Origin: an uncultured virus (IMG/VR IMGVR_UViG_3300020577_011874)
Taxonomy: Duplodnaviria > Heunggongvirae > Uroviricota > Caudoviricetes
Strand: one strand, 5' to 3'
Length of the DNA stretch: 64,000 nt
IMG/VR virus record: IMGVR_UViG_3300020577_011874
This document shows positions 46,316-57,613 of this stretch, piece after piece. Position numbers and translations under genes: made by a program. Below the pieces are notes generated by a model that was given only the letters and a program-made list of their open reading frames with translations, searched no databases and was not told the origin of the DNA. Position 1 is the first letter of the stretch; every line of letters starts with the position of its first letter.

Positions 46316-48835
46316 CTAAAAATCATACTTCGTTTTAATCAAAACTTGATCGCCGGGCCTCTTTAGAAGAGGTTGCGCCAACGTTGTCTTCATGACCACG
46401 TTCATGTCTCTATCATGGAAATTGATGCCTGTGATGTACACAAACTCTCCCTCAGGATCATTTGGAAATCCAGTAGGAGGCAAAGCCTGATATGATGGAT
46501 TACTAGACGAATTCAAATGATTGCTCAATGCTAATGCATCAATCTTCATGACATGAATGTTTTGTGTACCGCGGAAGCTAAGATCGTATCTTCGATCTCC
46601 GAAAAACATGACATGAGGATTTTTGATGACGATGATGCCTTCGTCATAGTAGATGTTACCGACGCTGTTCCACATCGATGCACTGGTCAATGAATCCGCT
46701 CGATAAACATTACCTCTAGCGTCATCAACCAATGTCATCTGAATTGCACCCGCCGAACCAGACATGTTTGAATCTTGCAGTCGCAAAGATCCTGGTTTGA
46801 TCCTCACACCATAGAACATGTTGCTGATGTCGAAAATGGTGACTTGATTTGAGGAGCCGTCTTGTGTGCGTTGGTAGATTGTCAAAGGAGCAGCAAATTC
46901 AACATCACTGCCTGAAACAATGTTACGAGTATAATTTGTGAATGCTGGTCCTGATGATCTAAAAGGAGATTCTGGGGTTTGACCAATTTGCAGGTCAGCA
47001 AATTCATTTACATCTGTCGCATCACTATCGCCCGTGTCGAATGAAGAGCCGCCGAACAATAGCGTTCCAGTATGAACCAAGTTGTCTAGATGAACAAAAC
47101 TGAGCTCTTCTAGACACAAGTCGTCAACCGCTCTTCCCAATGTCTCAGACGCTAACAGTTGAAAACTAGGCACGAACAAACCATCATCACACGGCAAAAT
47201 CGTCAAATTACGCTTGACAACAAATGGCTGTCTGTACAAGAATTGGTTACATGTCTGGGCCGTCGTCGATCCTTGCAAGGCAACACCAGTCAGATGGTGA
47301 AGAATGGGAAAGACGTTGCTAGCAAAATCTCGAACGTAATTTTCTAAGTTAATGTAGTGACCACCGACGCCGAATGACAAGGCAACACTAAATGGCGTCG
47401 AGGTCGCAGCATCGACTTCCTGAAATGGCGTTATTAGAACGCCACCATGGGAACCAACGAACGTCCTATACGGTGATTCACTAACAAAAAATGGTGGGAC
47501 GTAGAGGGCAAAAGTATTGTCTAGATACGTTGGACCTGAACTAGCGCTGTACTCGATGTCAGCATTGGACATGTAACAACGTCGCATCGCCAGATCGTGC
47601 ACTTCAGCATTCAATGGGTGATTAAAAGAATAACCGGTGGGCACTTCTTTACCGGTGTCCGCTAGCAGAATCTGAACACCATCGCGAGCCGCAGGATCAG
47701 CGGCAAAAAAACTAGCTTGGGGATTAAGACCGTGATTCGGGCCTTCGTAGTAATTTCCTACGCACAATACAGAAGGTTCTGCTCTACTTCCCGAAAATAT
47801 TCTTGGAGTGATTGTCGATGAAGGAATATGGAACGAGCCAACATCAATACCATCGACATTAAAAGTACCACTACCAAAATTGATATCGCTGGTTCCCCAA
47901 CGTACGACTACGTGATGCCAACGGTTGTGCCACAATGAATTATTGTCAGACAAAAATACAAGGTCAGAATTCGGAGGTCTAACACCCATCGATGAGGTGG
48001 TGATCACACCAGCCGCGCTCTGCTTGATTTTACTCGGAGGAATGTCTGCCGAGTGACTCAGTTGTAATTGTAGTCGAAATCCAACTGCGCGACCATTGAC
48101 ATCCTTTGACGTACCAGAAACTAAAGACAAACAATAGGTTGACGATAGATGCAACAATGTTCCGGCCTTGAATTCACCATTAGGTGAATCTGGCTGGTAT
48201 CGTGGATTGATGTAGAAATCGAAACTAAATGAACCGCTGGGGGTATACGTGCCGCTGCAGTAACCTTGATGATGAACTAAGCCACCATCACCTCCATCAA
48301 TGTTTGGATACAACAAAACTGATGACGTCGGTACTGACGACGCAGTAAAGAAATTCAAACTGTTGTAGTTAGTGTAGGCCCAATGTGCAGAAGGATATGA
48401 CGTCTTGTAATAACTCTGCAGCATGTCCTTGACGACTAACTTACGTAAGGTATTGCTGTTGAACGTAGCAGGAGGAGAGAAACGATGGACATCCATCACC
48501 TGTTGAGTTCGACGTGAAGTTGCAGTCGCATTGACTTTCTGCACATACGAAGAAATCATTCTGCCGAACGTTGCTTGCATGGCGTCGGAACCACGTGCTA
48601 CACGGCCAGCCCACTGCACTTGCCTCAGAATTTCTGCTAAATGCGAATCATCATGTGTCGAATCAATGAACGCTGAATCTGGCTCAGAATCTTTCTGAAC
48701 GCTTGAACGTCTTGCAAACAAATAAACAGAACCAGTAACACCCTCAGTTGAACTAGAGATGTATGTCCTGATTGGGTTTGTGACGACGGTGAATGATTCA
48801 ACGTCGGAAGAATCTACTTTGAAAATCGACGTCAT
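46316..48835 (-). CDS. Virion structural protein (probable baseplate/hub, LamG-like segment)
   Basis: 839 aa; WHHVVVRW, VGNIYYDEG, C-terminal YITGINFHD..LAQPLLK..KYDF; late motif at 48848..48854. Confidence 0.65.
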   Translation of the reverse strand: MTSIFKVDSSDVESFTVVTNPIRTYISSSTEGVTGSVYLFARRSSVQKDSEPDSAFIDSTHDDSHLAEILRQVQWAGRVARGSDAMQATFGRMISSYVQKVNATATSRRTQQVMDVHRFSPPATFNSNTLRKLVVKDMLQSYYKTSYPSAHWAYTNYNSLNFFTASSVPTSSVLLYPNIDGGDGGLVHHQGYCSGTYTPSGSFSFDFYINPRYQPDSPNGEFKAGTLLHLSSTYCLSLVSGTSKDVNGRAVGFRLQLQLSHSADIPPSKIKQSAAGVITTSSMGVRPPNSDLVFLSDNNSLWHNRWHHVVVRWGTSDINFGSGTFNVDGIDVGSFHIPSSTITPRIFSGSRAEPSVLCVGNYYEGPNHGLNPQASFFAADPAARDGVQILLADTGKEVPTGYSFNHPLNAEVHDLAMRRCYMSNADIEYSASSGPTYLDNTFALYVPPFFVSESPYRTFVGSHGGVLITPFQEVDAATSTPFSVALSFGVGGHYINLENYVRDFASNVFPILHHLTGVALQGSTTAQTCNQFLYRQPFVVKRNLTILPCDDGLFVPSFQLLASETLGRAVDDLCLEELSFVHLDNLVHTGTLLFGGSSFDTGDSDATDVNEFADLQIGQTPESPFRSSGPAFTNYTRNIVSGSDVEFAAPLTIYQRTQDGSSNQVTIFDISNMFYGVRIKPGSLRLQDSNMSGSAGAIQMTLVDDARGNVYRADSLTSASMWNSVGNIYYDEGIIVIKNPHVMFFGDRRYDLSFRGTQNIHVMKIDALALSNHLNSSSNPSYQALPPTGFPNDPEGEFVYITGINFHDRDMNVVMKTTLAQPLLKRPGDQVLIKTKYDF

Positions 48836-48911
48836 GCGCTTCCAGTGTAACTATACCCCGCCGGAGTCGACACGACCACGGATGATCGTAGACACCTGTA
48901 ATTAGTAACAA

Positions 48912-50147
48912 TTAGAAGTCGAGACGAATTCTGAAAGTCAAATCTCTTTCGGCACTCTTCTGTACCGGTCTAGACAATTTTGCGACAGCTAACAAATTGT
49001 CATTGGCATCATACATACCAACGCTGGTGACGTAGGTAAAAGATTGCTGTGTGTCTTCTTGACCAACGTCAATGACAACAATACGATTAGTGGAATCCGT
49101 AAATGTCGGATTTGATGAGTAATTGAACTCATCAGCTTGTGCCCTACAGAAGATCAACGTACTATTGATGTTCGTCACATTCTGGAATGTCATCGCTGTC
49201 TGACTTCCAGATCCCATGCGGCAGGCCGCGATATGGTCTACTATGTTATCGATAGAAGCACTAACAACAAAGTCAGGAATAAATTTAGCTTTATTCGCTG
49301 TTTCAGTCAACCTTCCTCCTAGAACAGATGTTCCTAAAGAGGTCATCGAATCGATGGTTCCAGACATAAATTGGCTGGCACTAGTGATCTTTGCAAGATC
49401 TAAAACTAACACACCGCGGTCGTAGAACATCAGACCGACTTCTCGTGAAGTATCAGCACTGTCAACAACATTGCCTACTTGACCACCGAATGACGCTAGT
49501 TTGTTTGTTGCTGCGCCAATGTCAGTGTAGATAGCACTACCAGAAGTTGACGTAAAATTGATGTTTGGTCTATTGTTGTCACCACCCAACCCAATTCCTT
49601 GCGTCTGTCCATTCGGTCCAACTGCGGAGGCAGACTGAAAGAATCGCATCGCGAATGTTTCACGTTTGATGCTATCCCTTGCAAAGAGACGCTTGAATGC
49701 GATAAAAAGAACTGCATCCATTTCGTCGGCAACGTCAGTTGAATCTAGAGGCGAGGTGAACGTTGCCGTAGAATCACCAAGCAATTGCTGGGCAAATTCA
49801 CGATAAACATCCATCTTTTCACGCATCATCAGTGACGAACTAGGAAACAGTTCTTTACCAGCAGCATCGACTCCAGTTTGACTGGATTGAACAGTCGTTC
49901 CTCCTGGGAGCAATCCGAACGTCATATCAAACAGCGCATTAGCGGTTTGCAACGTGAAGTCCTGATCGTACACTGTTTGAAACAGTGAACTTGTAACGCC
50001 CGGGCCGACGCCACCGGTGACGAAAACCTGAAATTTACGACGAGAACTAGAACCACTGACGTCTTCTTGAAGCACGTCTACGAGCTGATTTAGAAATGAT
50101 CGTGCGACCTTGATGTCGCTAGGAAGTACTTCTTTGAATGTTGCCAT
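48912..50147 (-). CDS. Virion structural protein (probable baseplate/hub)
   Basis: C-terminal NYSSNPTF..YVTSVGMYDANDNLLAVAKLSRP..RLDF, paralogous to the C-terminus of 46316..48835. Confidence 0.7.
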   Translation of the reverse strand: MATFKEVLPSDIKVARSFLNQLVDVLQEDVSGSSSRRKFQVFVTGGVGPGVTSSLFQTVYDQDFTLQTANALFDMTFGLLPGGTTVQSSQTGVDAAGKELFPSSSLMMREKMDVYREFAQQLLGDSTATFTSPLDSTDVADEMDAVLFIAFKRLFARDSIKRETFAMRFFQSASAVGPNGQTQGIGLGGDNNRPNINFTSTSGSAIYTDIGAATNKLASFGGQVGNVVDSADTSREVGLMFYDRGVLVLDLAKITSASQFMSGTIDSMTSLGTSVLGGRLTETANKAKFIPDFVVSASIDNIVDHIAACRMGSGSQTAMTFQNVTNINSTLIFCRAQADEFNYSSNPTFTDSTNRIVVIDVGQEDTQQSFTYVTSVGMYDANDNLLAVAKLSRPVQKSAERDLTFRIRLDF

Positions 50148-50221
50148 GATGTTTGTGTTATTCCTTCACACAGCACATGCATGCTGCATCGATGAACTTT
50201 GCGTACGAATTCATATATGAA

Positions 50222-50938
50222 TCACAGATTCTTGTCAATGATGATGCCGATGGTTTGCACTGCACCTGACTGAACGCCTGTCACCTTCATAAAAGCTTTG
50301 ATCTTGGTCTTATCAGCGGTAGTGCCATACACTGTAAACAACGCATCGGTCAATGACTTGACACTAAGCGTAAACTGAACGCTTGAACCACCGAAAGCAT
50401 TTTCTGCTGGGGAGCGTGTTAGGATGTAAGTCGCACGTTGATTACCGTCGATGTTTTCAGGCGTATTCTTCAATACCTGCATGAAAAGATTGGGAACTTC
50501 GACAATAAACGTCTGATCTCGAAGTTCAACGTCAATCGTTGTTTCATTCTGAATAGTCTGTTGAACGTTGATATTCGCGGTCTTTTGAGTATTTCTTCCC
50601 AACGTAACGAGATTATTGAGACTGTCAACGTTAGCGTCACCACTCAATGACATCACAGGTAGACGTAGCAAGTTTGGATTGCTAACACTGATCAGTTTAT
50701 ACTTTTGCGCAAGTGACTGATTGGTTAGAGCCTCAAAAATGGGCGTGTTCTTCTCGATCTTTTCTGAACCAACAGTACGACCGTACTTGGTAATGATGCC
50801 ATAGTTGACTTCATCGTCTCCTAAAGCAAATTTGTGAATCGAAAATGACCCATCATTACGAGCTAGAAATTGTCTTCCCACGTCAGTGAGTACAGCGTCC
50901 AAAATCACATTGTTCGTTGACGAATCTAAAAATCCCAT
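50222..50938 (-). CDS. Virion structural protein (probable baseplate)
   Basis: N-terminal DAVLTDVGRQFLA..KFALGDDEVNY. Confidence 0.7.
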   Translation of the reverse strand: MGFLDSSTNNVILDAVLTDVGRQFLARNDGSFSIHKFALGDDEVNYGIITKYGRTVGSEKIEKNTPIFEALTNQSLAQKYKLISVSNPNLLRLPVMSLSGDANVDSLNNLVTLGRNTQKTANINVQQTIQNETTIDVELRDQTFIVEVPNLFMQVLKNTPENIDGNQRATYILTRSPAENAFGGSSVQFTLSVKSLTDALFTVYGTTADKTKIKAFMKVTGVQSGAVQTIGIIIDKNL

Positions 50939-51081
50939 AAGTACTTGATTCCTTTATTCTTATTCTTTAGTTCGCCAACGCTAACTTGCTTCGACGATAC
51001 GTGACAATCGTGGCGTCTTCAAGGGATAGGTATGCAGTTGCGTGCGTCCCAGCCTGGTCATAGGCAAACACCAATTCTTTT

Positions 51082-51492
51082 TCAGAGATCATGAACCGAT
51101 GCATCTGTTGTCCTCAACCGAACAATCATGTCATTGCCCAATTTGTAAAGAGGCATATAGAAAAACATCGCTTGATCTTCGGAATCCAAAAAAGAAATCA
51201 ATTGATCAACAATTGATTCTACGTTATCTTCAAATTTTGCCTCAGTCAATTTAACCTTGTAGGTTTCAACTGTGTCACACATCACGTCAACAGCTGATCC
51301 GTCAAATGGCTGAAAATGATACACAAATGTAGGCGTTGATACAGCCCGAAGTTTGATGCAAGAAGGTAATTTTTTCTCTAATCGAGAAAACACCGCTTGG
51401 TTCAATTCATTGAGAAACATTTTGTCTTGCGGTGTGTGGTATCGACAAACATACGTTTCAAAGTTTTGCCAAACTTGTTGAAATACGTTCAT
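51082..51492 (-). CDS. Hypothetical protein
   Basis: 136 aa with its own sigma70-like promoter. Confidence 0.65.
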   Translation of the reverse strand: MNVFQQVWQNFETYVCRYHTPQDKMFLNELNQAVFSRLEKKLPSCIKLRAVSTPTFVYHFQPFDGSAVDVMCDTVETYKVKLTEAKFEDNVESIVDQLISFLDSEDQAMFFYMPLYKLGNDMIVRLRTTDASVHDL

Positions 51493-51529
51493 GTCTTTAT
51501 CCTAATACCACATGCCAGATCGGTAAACA

Positions 51530-53452
51530 TCAGCGGCTGGGTTGAGGCTTGCGTTTCGGACCAAATTGAACAGTTGGATACCCAATGGTTCTCTGTTGTG
51601 CGCTCAATCGATCGTCAATGTTGATCGTCAGATCATGACCTTTCAAGTTGTCTAAGTTGATGAATTGCAACTTGTAACTACCTCCGCTCTGATTTGTTGA
51701 CAGGGTGCGCTGAATCCGACCGTTGTCGTCATAGAGAAAGTAGTGCTCTGGGTTAAAGAACAATTTGAGTCGCTTCGTATGAGGTCCTGAGACCCGAATC
51801 GTATTCTCGAAAATATCTCCCTCCAGATACAAATTCGGGTATGGCTTCGGCGCACCGGCGTGACTGATCAATTCTTTTTGTAATTTGTTCTTGAATCGAT
51901 CAAACCAAACTCGATACTGAGCAGAGTAATTGCTTGTTTGAGCATGCGCATCAACTGCACAGATCGTATAGATCATGCCTTTGTCTTTTGCAAAGTTGAC
52001 GTCTTTCTTAAATTCATCATCAATCCACCAAGTTGCAGGAGACGTCAATCTTTCAACTAGCGCAGTGTCAGCAATTTCTGGATTTGGAAATGCCACTACT
52101 GAATCATCGAAGTTGTAGACTTTTTGCAACTCAAAACAATGATCAATGTTTTCTCGTCTGAAAACTTGAAATTGTTTGACATCTCTTTCGCTAGTGACAG
52201 GAAATGCCCAAGTCACCATCAATTTGTCGGTTTCATAATTCCAAACAAAGTTGACATCTGCTGGGGGAGGTGGGTTCCTCAGTTTCAATGTTGAAACATA
52301 AATCTTGTTTGATGGCTTGCTACTGATCAAAACCTTGATCATCGCCAACCCACCTGAATCTTCATCGATGGCAGGCATGGTTAGCAAAGCTACTGTTCTT
52401 ACAGTGTAACAATAATTTGCATTAAACTTGACTCGAAAATCAGCAGTTGATGTCACGTAAGGACTGTCAATGATGATTGGCGAATGAACCTTGGTTGAAC
52501 CATCGGACAAAATTTCAAATTTGTCAATGATGTAACCAACAATTTGTGGAGCGTATTTTTCAGCATGAGGCGATGTATCATGCCGTTTGACGTCAATAAA
52601 AGGAACAAACGTCTTATAGTCAGATTCAGAAACAGCAGTTGTAAAACGTTGATTAACAGCTTGTTTTACTTGCTTTGCGTAACCATGCATATGCATGATG
52701 TCAGCAGCATTAGTAGATGTAGGATCATCAATAGTCTTATTGATCAATTCATCAAGTAACTTGACGTTGATCTGTGTATTGATTCCAACAGCGGCAAGTC
52801 GCTGAAAATACGACCGCAACGCCCCTCGTTTAACTGCGCCAGTCTCTTGTTTCTTAGCGTTAAACCTTCCACCATATGAATTTTGAGGATCAGTAAGCGC
52901 CTGTGTCAACCAATGTGGTGAGATGCTCTTAGGTAGCATCGGAATCAATCGTTGTGCCAACTTGTAAGGACTGTTGTTCTGATCAACATCTTCAGACAAC
53001 GACAATTGAGAAATTGATCCTGACACCAGTTGATGAACTTTTTTGTCAACGTCACCATCATGAAAGTGAACTGACACGTAGTTGTTAGAGGCAAAGTCAT
53101 CTTCATTTACGACTTTTCCAATGTTACGTAAAATCAAAGAACCATCTTGCATGCCGGTCGTTCGAAACGCATTGTCTCGCATCAACTTATCACTGACTTG
53201 ATTTCCAACATCAGCTAATTTTGGAGCGATAAATGACAGTTGAACGAACCTAGGGGCACGAGTGATGGAATACTGAATGAAACTAGAATCAATTTCAGAT
53301 CCTTGTCGAGCTAACACATTTAGTGGCACTCCGCCAGTTTCATTAACACTTTCGTCTGGCACAAAGAAGTTGTAGAAAAATGTCCCTTGAAGTTCCTTAG
53401 ACTCCGGCACATCGATAACATAGATTTCTCTAGATGGCTGCGAGATGCTCAT
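51530..53452 (-). CDS. Large hypothetical structural protein (FN3-like segments)
   Basis: 640 aa; PPPPADV..VTW..FQVFRR..YTICAVD pattern. Confidence 0.6.
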   Translation of the reverse strand: MSISQPSREIYVIDVPESKELQGTFFYNFFVPDESVNETGGVPLNVLARQGSEIDSSFIQYSITRAPRFVQLSFIAPKLADVGNQVSDKLMRDNAFRTTGMQDGSLILRNIGKVVNEDDFASNNYVSVHFHDGDVDKKVHQLVSGSISQLSLSEDVDQNNSPYKLAQRLIPMLPKSISPHWLTQALTDPQNSYGGRFNAKKQETGAVKRGALRSYFQRLAAVGINTQINVKLLDELINKTIDDPTSTNAADIMHMHGYAKQVKQAVNQRFTTAVSESDYKTFVPFIDVKRHDTSPHAEKYAPQIVGYIIDKFEILSDGSTKVHSPIIIDSPYVTSTADFRVKFNANYCYTVRTVALLTMPAIDEDSGGLAMIKVLISSKPSNKIYVSTLKLRNPPPPADVNFVWNYETDKLMVTWAFPVTSERDVKQFQVFRRENIDHCFELQKVYNFDDSVVAFPNPEIADTALVERLTSPATWWIDDEFKKDVNFAKDKGMIYTICAVDAHAQTSNYSAQYRVWFDRFKNKLQKELISHAGAPKPYPNLYLEGDIFENTIRVSGPHTKRLKLFFNPEHYFLYDDNGRIQRTLSTNQSGGSYKLQFINLDNLKGHDLTINIDDRLSAQQRTIGYPTVQFGPKRKPQPSR

Positions 53453-56400
53453 TTAGACCTCTTCCTGGCCATATGTTTCGATCGTAATGAAGTACTTGTC
53501 AGAAATTAGATCGCCTTGATTTTTGTCTCGATCACGGTATCTAAAATTGTTGATGTTAGACTCTGGCTGACCTGAATTAACAGACGTTTGCTTTTGTCCT
53601 GACGACATCATTGAAGCTCTTAATTTGGATGAACTTGAGAGATCAGACGGAACTATGTCACCATGATTGATCAACAATTCTAAAGCCTGACGTCCATAAG
53701 GTGTTGAAATAGTCTTCTCAACATCGAGTTCAAAATTATGAGGATCAACCACAACATTAAAAACACGATCAAATGCTTTAGGAGTCATGACTCTACGTTC
53801 TAGAGCAAGAACTGATGATGCCGTTGTCAAAGTCTTTGCCATTCCAGCTGCGGGACGAAATCCATCGTAAGCTAACATCGTATTACGCGGACTCAAAAGA
53901 GATAACTTAGCGCCTAAACCTTGTGCAGGCGTTTGAAATTCAATCGATCGAGTTACCGCGGCAGCAGATGACATTGATTTAAAAACAGATGCAGCATTGA
54001 CAGACCCGGCAACACCGGCTGCATTACTCAATGAAACTTTGGATACATTTGCAACACCAGGTCTCTTTGAGGCTGAAGATGTCGATGAAAATAAGATTCC
54101 TCCAGAAGGTGGATTAACGCTAGGCTTAAATGTGCCGGCGTGATTTGAACTCTGATCAACGATCAGTTGCATTGAATGTTCAGCTAATGTCTTGACAAAG
54201 TCATTTTCAATCGTGTCAGGAACTTCTGACATGTCATAGTTGTACTCTGCAACGTTGATGCCAGTCATCAATTTGATGTAAATTTCTAACAATTGACTGG
54301 TAACGTGATTTTTCAAAATTTCAGACTTTTCAGTTGAAGATAGAAAATCATATGAAGATTCATTGAACGCTTGGCGCGCGCCTCGAACTCCAGCTTTAGA
54401 CGTCAAGTTAGTAGAAGCGTATTCGATGCCAGCTGAAGAATATGTTCCACCAGACGTAGTGGTTGGATCATTTCCAAAATTATGAGTCGGAATTGCATAA
54501 ACAACATCATTCAAAGAAGGTCTTGCAGGTAAACTTAACCACAAAGCAGTGTTAGGCCTGACTGGGAATCGTGACAACTCAAACAAGAATTGTTGAGGTT
54601 TATACACGATATCTGAATTCTGAAGATCAACTTTGTACACGCTAATTCGAACAATGTCAGCTTGTTTATTGGCAAACGCAGAAGACGTTTGTGACTTTAT
54701 GTCAACCTTTTGTTTCAAGCGTTGACAAAATCCCAAAGGAATTCCTACTGTCAAAATTCGATTGTTAGAACCTCGTTTTGAAGCAAATTGTGGCGCGCCG
54801 AAGAGGCCATAAAGTGCTTCTTTGGCGTTCGGAGGTACGACCGATTCATCTAAAACAACAATGGCATCAGCGTTTGCAGAACCTTCATGATACGATCCAT
54901 TATCGTCTGAAGACGAAGAAGATGTCTTACTCGCGGCCTCTAAGCTTTCGATAGTTGAAGCTAACATCATGATCTGTTGTTCGCTGATCAACATTCGAAT
55001 CATGTCTTTGTTATTTTGTAACACATCAGCGATTTGCTTCAATTTGGTCTTTGAATCACTGCTATTGAGGTAGCTACTGACGCCCCTAAGAGAACCAGAA
55101 AGATTACGCAAAGAATTAATGACCGTCAATAACAATTGTTGTGATGTTTTTGCCTCAGATGACACCCGTTGTAAAAGCTGTTTGTATGAAGTGTTGTGAT
55201 TAGTCGACATTGCATTAATCGCAAACACATCCATTCCTTTTGACAACGATGATACACTAGAGTGAGAACCTACAAGTGTCTGATTGCTGTATTTTGCAAT
55301 CATTGCAATCACAAAATCAAACGCTAACATCATAACAACTGTGTCTAGATACCCACCGTAACGAGTGAATTCATCTTGAATTGCAGTCGTATTCAACCTA
55401 AATTGAGCAATGACAGAACTCATGAATTGTTCGACAATTGTCGACATTTCAGTGCCGGTTTTCAAAGCATGCTTGATGTTATCGCGAGTGGCAGCAGCTG
55501 CATTCATATTTGAAGCTGCTTTCTGCACAACTAGTTGTAAGGTCGCGCGATTGTCAGAAGCAGATGTCGCTGCCGCGGCGACAATCTTTTCAATGAGATC
55601 ATCAACTAAAGGAGTATTATCAGCTTTTTCACGTGAAGCAAAGAATGGCACATTCTTGTTATAGTTACGCGAAATCTTGCTCAAAGTGTACAAAAACAAC
55701 ATAGTCTTGATGTTATTGTCAGTTCTGGCTTTCGTGTAGATAGCTGACAATTTATCGTCTGTTGAGACACGTTGAGGCGCGCCAGTTCTGATGTTGATCA
55801 GCTTGCTTGCTACTTCGTTAATCGTATCGTATGACGTTGTTAAAAATCCACTATTTTGTTTTCGACTAGCACCATTGAGTTCAGCATTTGGCATTGAAGG
55901 CGTTGAAAACAAATTAAGACCATCGATGATGATGTTCAGTTGTTTTAGCTGATCATCCATCTGCACCACCAGTTGGTCTAACGTTGTCGTGTTAAATTTG
56001 TCTCCTTCGGTATTCAATACTCGATCGATGAAAAATTCGCCACCCGGCGTCAATGTTCCTGTGTCACCTTCAACATACTTTGTTTCAAATGTTAGAATGC
56101 CTAGGCCTTCTTCTTGATTGAGACCAATGCTATTTTGCGCTATTGATGCAAGTGATTTATCTTGAGTTGCTGGAAAATCAGTAATGTTGTTGCCAAAATT
56201 TCCAAAGACGGCGTCCAACATAGTTGTATTGCCGTTTAACGTAACATTGTAGCCGTAAAAATTCTGTAATGATGTGACAACGGCAGTTTTTGAAAGGCCT
56301 ACAGAATAACGAAATTCTTGAGTCAACGTATGTGCCAATGCTGCCAAACGTGCTTCTTCATTTTTGAAGAAAACGTTCTGATACATGCTAACAAAAACAG

Positions 56401-57613
56401 GACTCAACAAATTGAGCGTCTTTGAAGAATTTGCAACTTCAAGATTGATCAATTCGGTCAAAGATGGTAACTGTGGTAAATTCTTTGACAAAGAAAAATA
56501 GTTGGTCGCTGGAGGCAAAAGAACTGTCGGATTATTGTCACCGCGTTGTCGAATAGGATCGATATCGATCAATTTCAATGAGTGATTTTTGAGCATGCTC
56601 TTCAACTCTGAGAGCAATTGCAACCATATCTTTGTAGAAGAAAAAATGTGTTTGACAGCATCAACGCTGTAACCTACATCAGTCAAAGAATCAACGCAAT
56701 CAAAAGTTGATCGCATACCATCACTAATAGATGAGAGATTGATCCTATTGAGAGTTGACAGACGTGCAGAACTGTTGTTCTGAGAATAACGTTGTTCGAC
56801 GTACTGTGCTACTTCTTGAGGATTGACAACGTAAAGACCATGACGAAGGTCTAGTTGCTTTTTTTGTGCATCAAGAATTCGAACCAGGTTCAAAAGAAAA
56901 GAAGAATGACCTTTGAGTTGTGTCAGTGACTGCATAAAATCATTAGAACGATTAACGAACTGTTGATTTAAACCTGGATATCGTCGTCTGATAGAGCTTA
57001 CAGATGATTGCATGTTCCATGATGTCAAATTGCGCATCTGAATTTGTGAATCGCAATACCGACCAGCGTCAGTCATGTAAGGATTCATAGCATAATCAGT
57101 AATAGCGCTATCGCTTTGAACAGAAACAAAATTTGATTCGTTATCGAACAAAGGAACAACGTTGGTCAACATCACAATTTCAGGTCGCTCGTGCGCAATT
57201 CCTGTCAACTGCTCAAAAGGTTGAAATTTAGTCGTAGTTGTCGCAAATGTTTGATTGATACGAGGATCAAAAACTTGACCGGCATCAAGTGACAAGGCAT
57301 GCGTCGGCATCAATCTTACATTGCCGTTGTACATCGGCATGATAAGCGAAACTTTATTGGACGAAATTGAGTCAGAGAGTCTTCCCAAAGAAGGTCTAGA
57401 AACTTTGAGTGTTGACACACTAGACAAATCATTTGATTTCAACAGCACCGGAGAAGAGAGCATTGCCTGTGAAGCCGGTAAAGGAGTCTTCACATTAACT
57501 GCAGAAGTCTGTTGTTGAATCAAAAATTGATTGCTGCTTGCTGTGGCAGGTTGGACAGAAACGTTCGCAAGCTTTGCAAAGCTGTCATTGTTTGTTCGTA
57601 GTGTATTAATCAT
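53453..57613 (-). CDS. Large hypothetical structural protein
   Basis: 1386-aa ORF in the tail/baseplate operon. Confidence 0.65.
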   Translation of the reverse strand: MINTLRTNNDSFAKLANVSVQPATASSNQFLIQQQTSAVNVKTPLPASQAMLSSPVLLKSNDLSSVSTLKVSRPSLGRLSDSISSNKVSLIMPMYNGNVRLMPTHALSLDAGQVFDPRINQTFATTTTKFQPFEQLTGIAHERPEIVMLTNVVPLFDNESNFVSVQSDSAITDYAMNPYMTDAGRYCDSQIQMRNLTSWNMQSSVSSIRRRYPGLNQQFVNRSNDFMQSLTQLKGHSSFLLNLVRILDAQKKQLDLRHGLYVVNPQEVAQYVEQRYSQNNSSARLSTLNRINLSSISDGMRSTFDCVDSLTDVGYSVDAVKHIFSSTKIWLQLLSELKSMLKNHSLKLIDIDPIRQRGDNNPTVLLPPATNYFSLSKNLPQLPSLTELINLEVANSSKTLNLLSPVFVSMYQNVFFKNEEARLAALAHTLTQEFRYSVGLSKTAVVTSLQNFYGYNVTLNGNTTMLDAVFGNFGNNITDFPATQDKSLASIAQNSIGLNQEEGLGILTFETKYVEGDTGTLTPGGEFFIDRVLNTEGDKFNTTTLDQLVVQMDDQLKQLNIIIDGLNLFSTPSMPNAELNGASRKQNSGFLTTSYDTINEVASKLINIRTGAPQRVSTDDKLSAIYTKARTDNNIKTMLFLYTLSKISRNYNKNVPFFASREKADNTPLVDDLIEKIVAAAATSASDNRATLQLVVQKAASNMNAAAATRDNIKHALKTGTEMSTIVEQFMSSVIAQFRLNTTAIQDEFTRYGGYLDTVVMMLAFDFVIAMIAKYSNQTLVGSHSSVSSLSKGMDVFAINAMSTNHNTSYKQLLQRVSSEAKTSQQLLLTVINSLRNLSGSLRGVSSYLNSSDSKTKLKQIADVLQNNKDMIRMLISEQQIMMLASTIESLEAASKTSSSSSDDNGSYHEGSANADAIVVLDESVVPPNAKEALYGLFGAPQFASKRGSNNRILTVGIPLGFCQRLKQKVDIKSQTSSAFANKQADIVRISVYKVDLQNSDIVYKPQQFLFELSRFPVRPNTALWLSLPARPSLNDVVYAIPTHNFGNDPTTTSGGTYSSAGIEYASTNLTSKAGVRGARQAFNESSYDFLSSTEKSEILKNHVTSQLLEIYIKLMTGINVAEYNYDMSEVPDTIENDFVKTLAEHSMQLIVDQSSNHAGTFKPSVNPPSGGILFSSTSSASKRPGVANVSKVSLSNAAGVAGSVNAASVFKSMSSAAAVTRSIEFQTPAQGLGAKLSLLSPRNTMLAYDGFRPAAGMAKTLTTASSVLALERRVMTPKAFDRVFNVVVDPHNFELDVEKTISTPYGRQALELLINHGDIVPSDLSSSSKLRASMMSSGQKQTSVNSGQPESNINNFRYRDRDKNQGDLISDKYFITIETYGQEEV

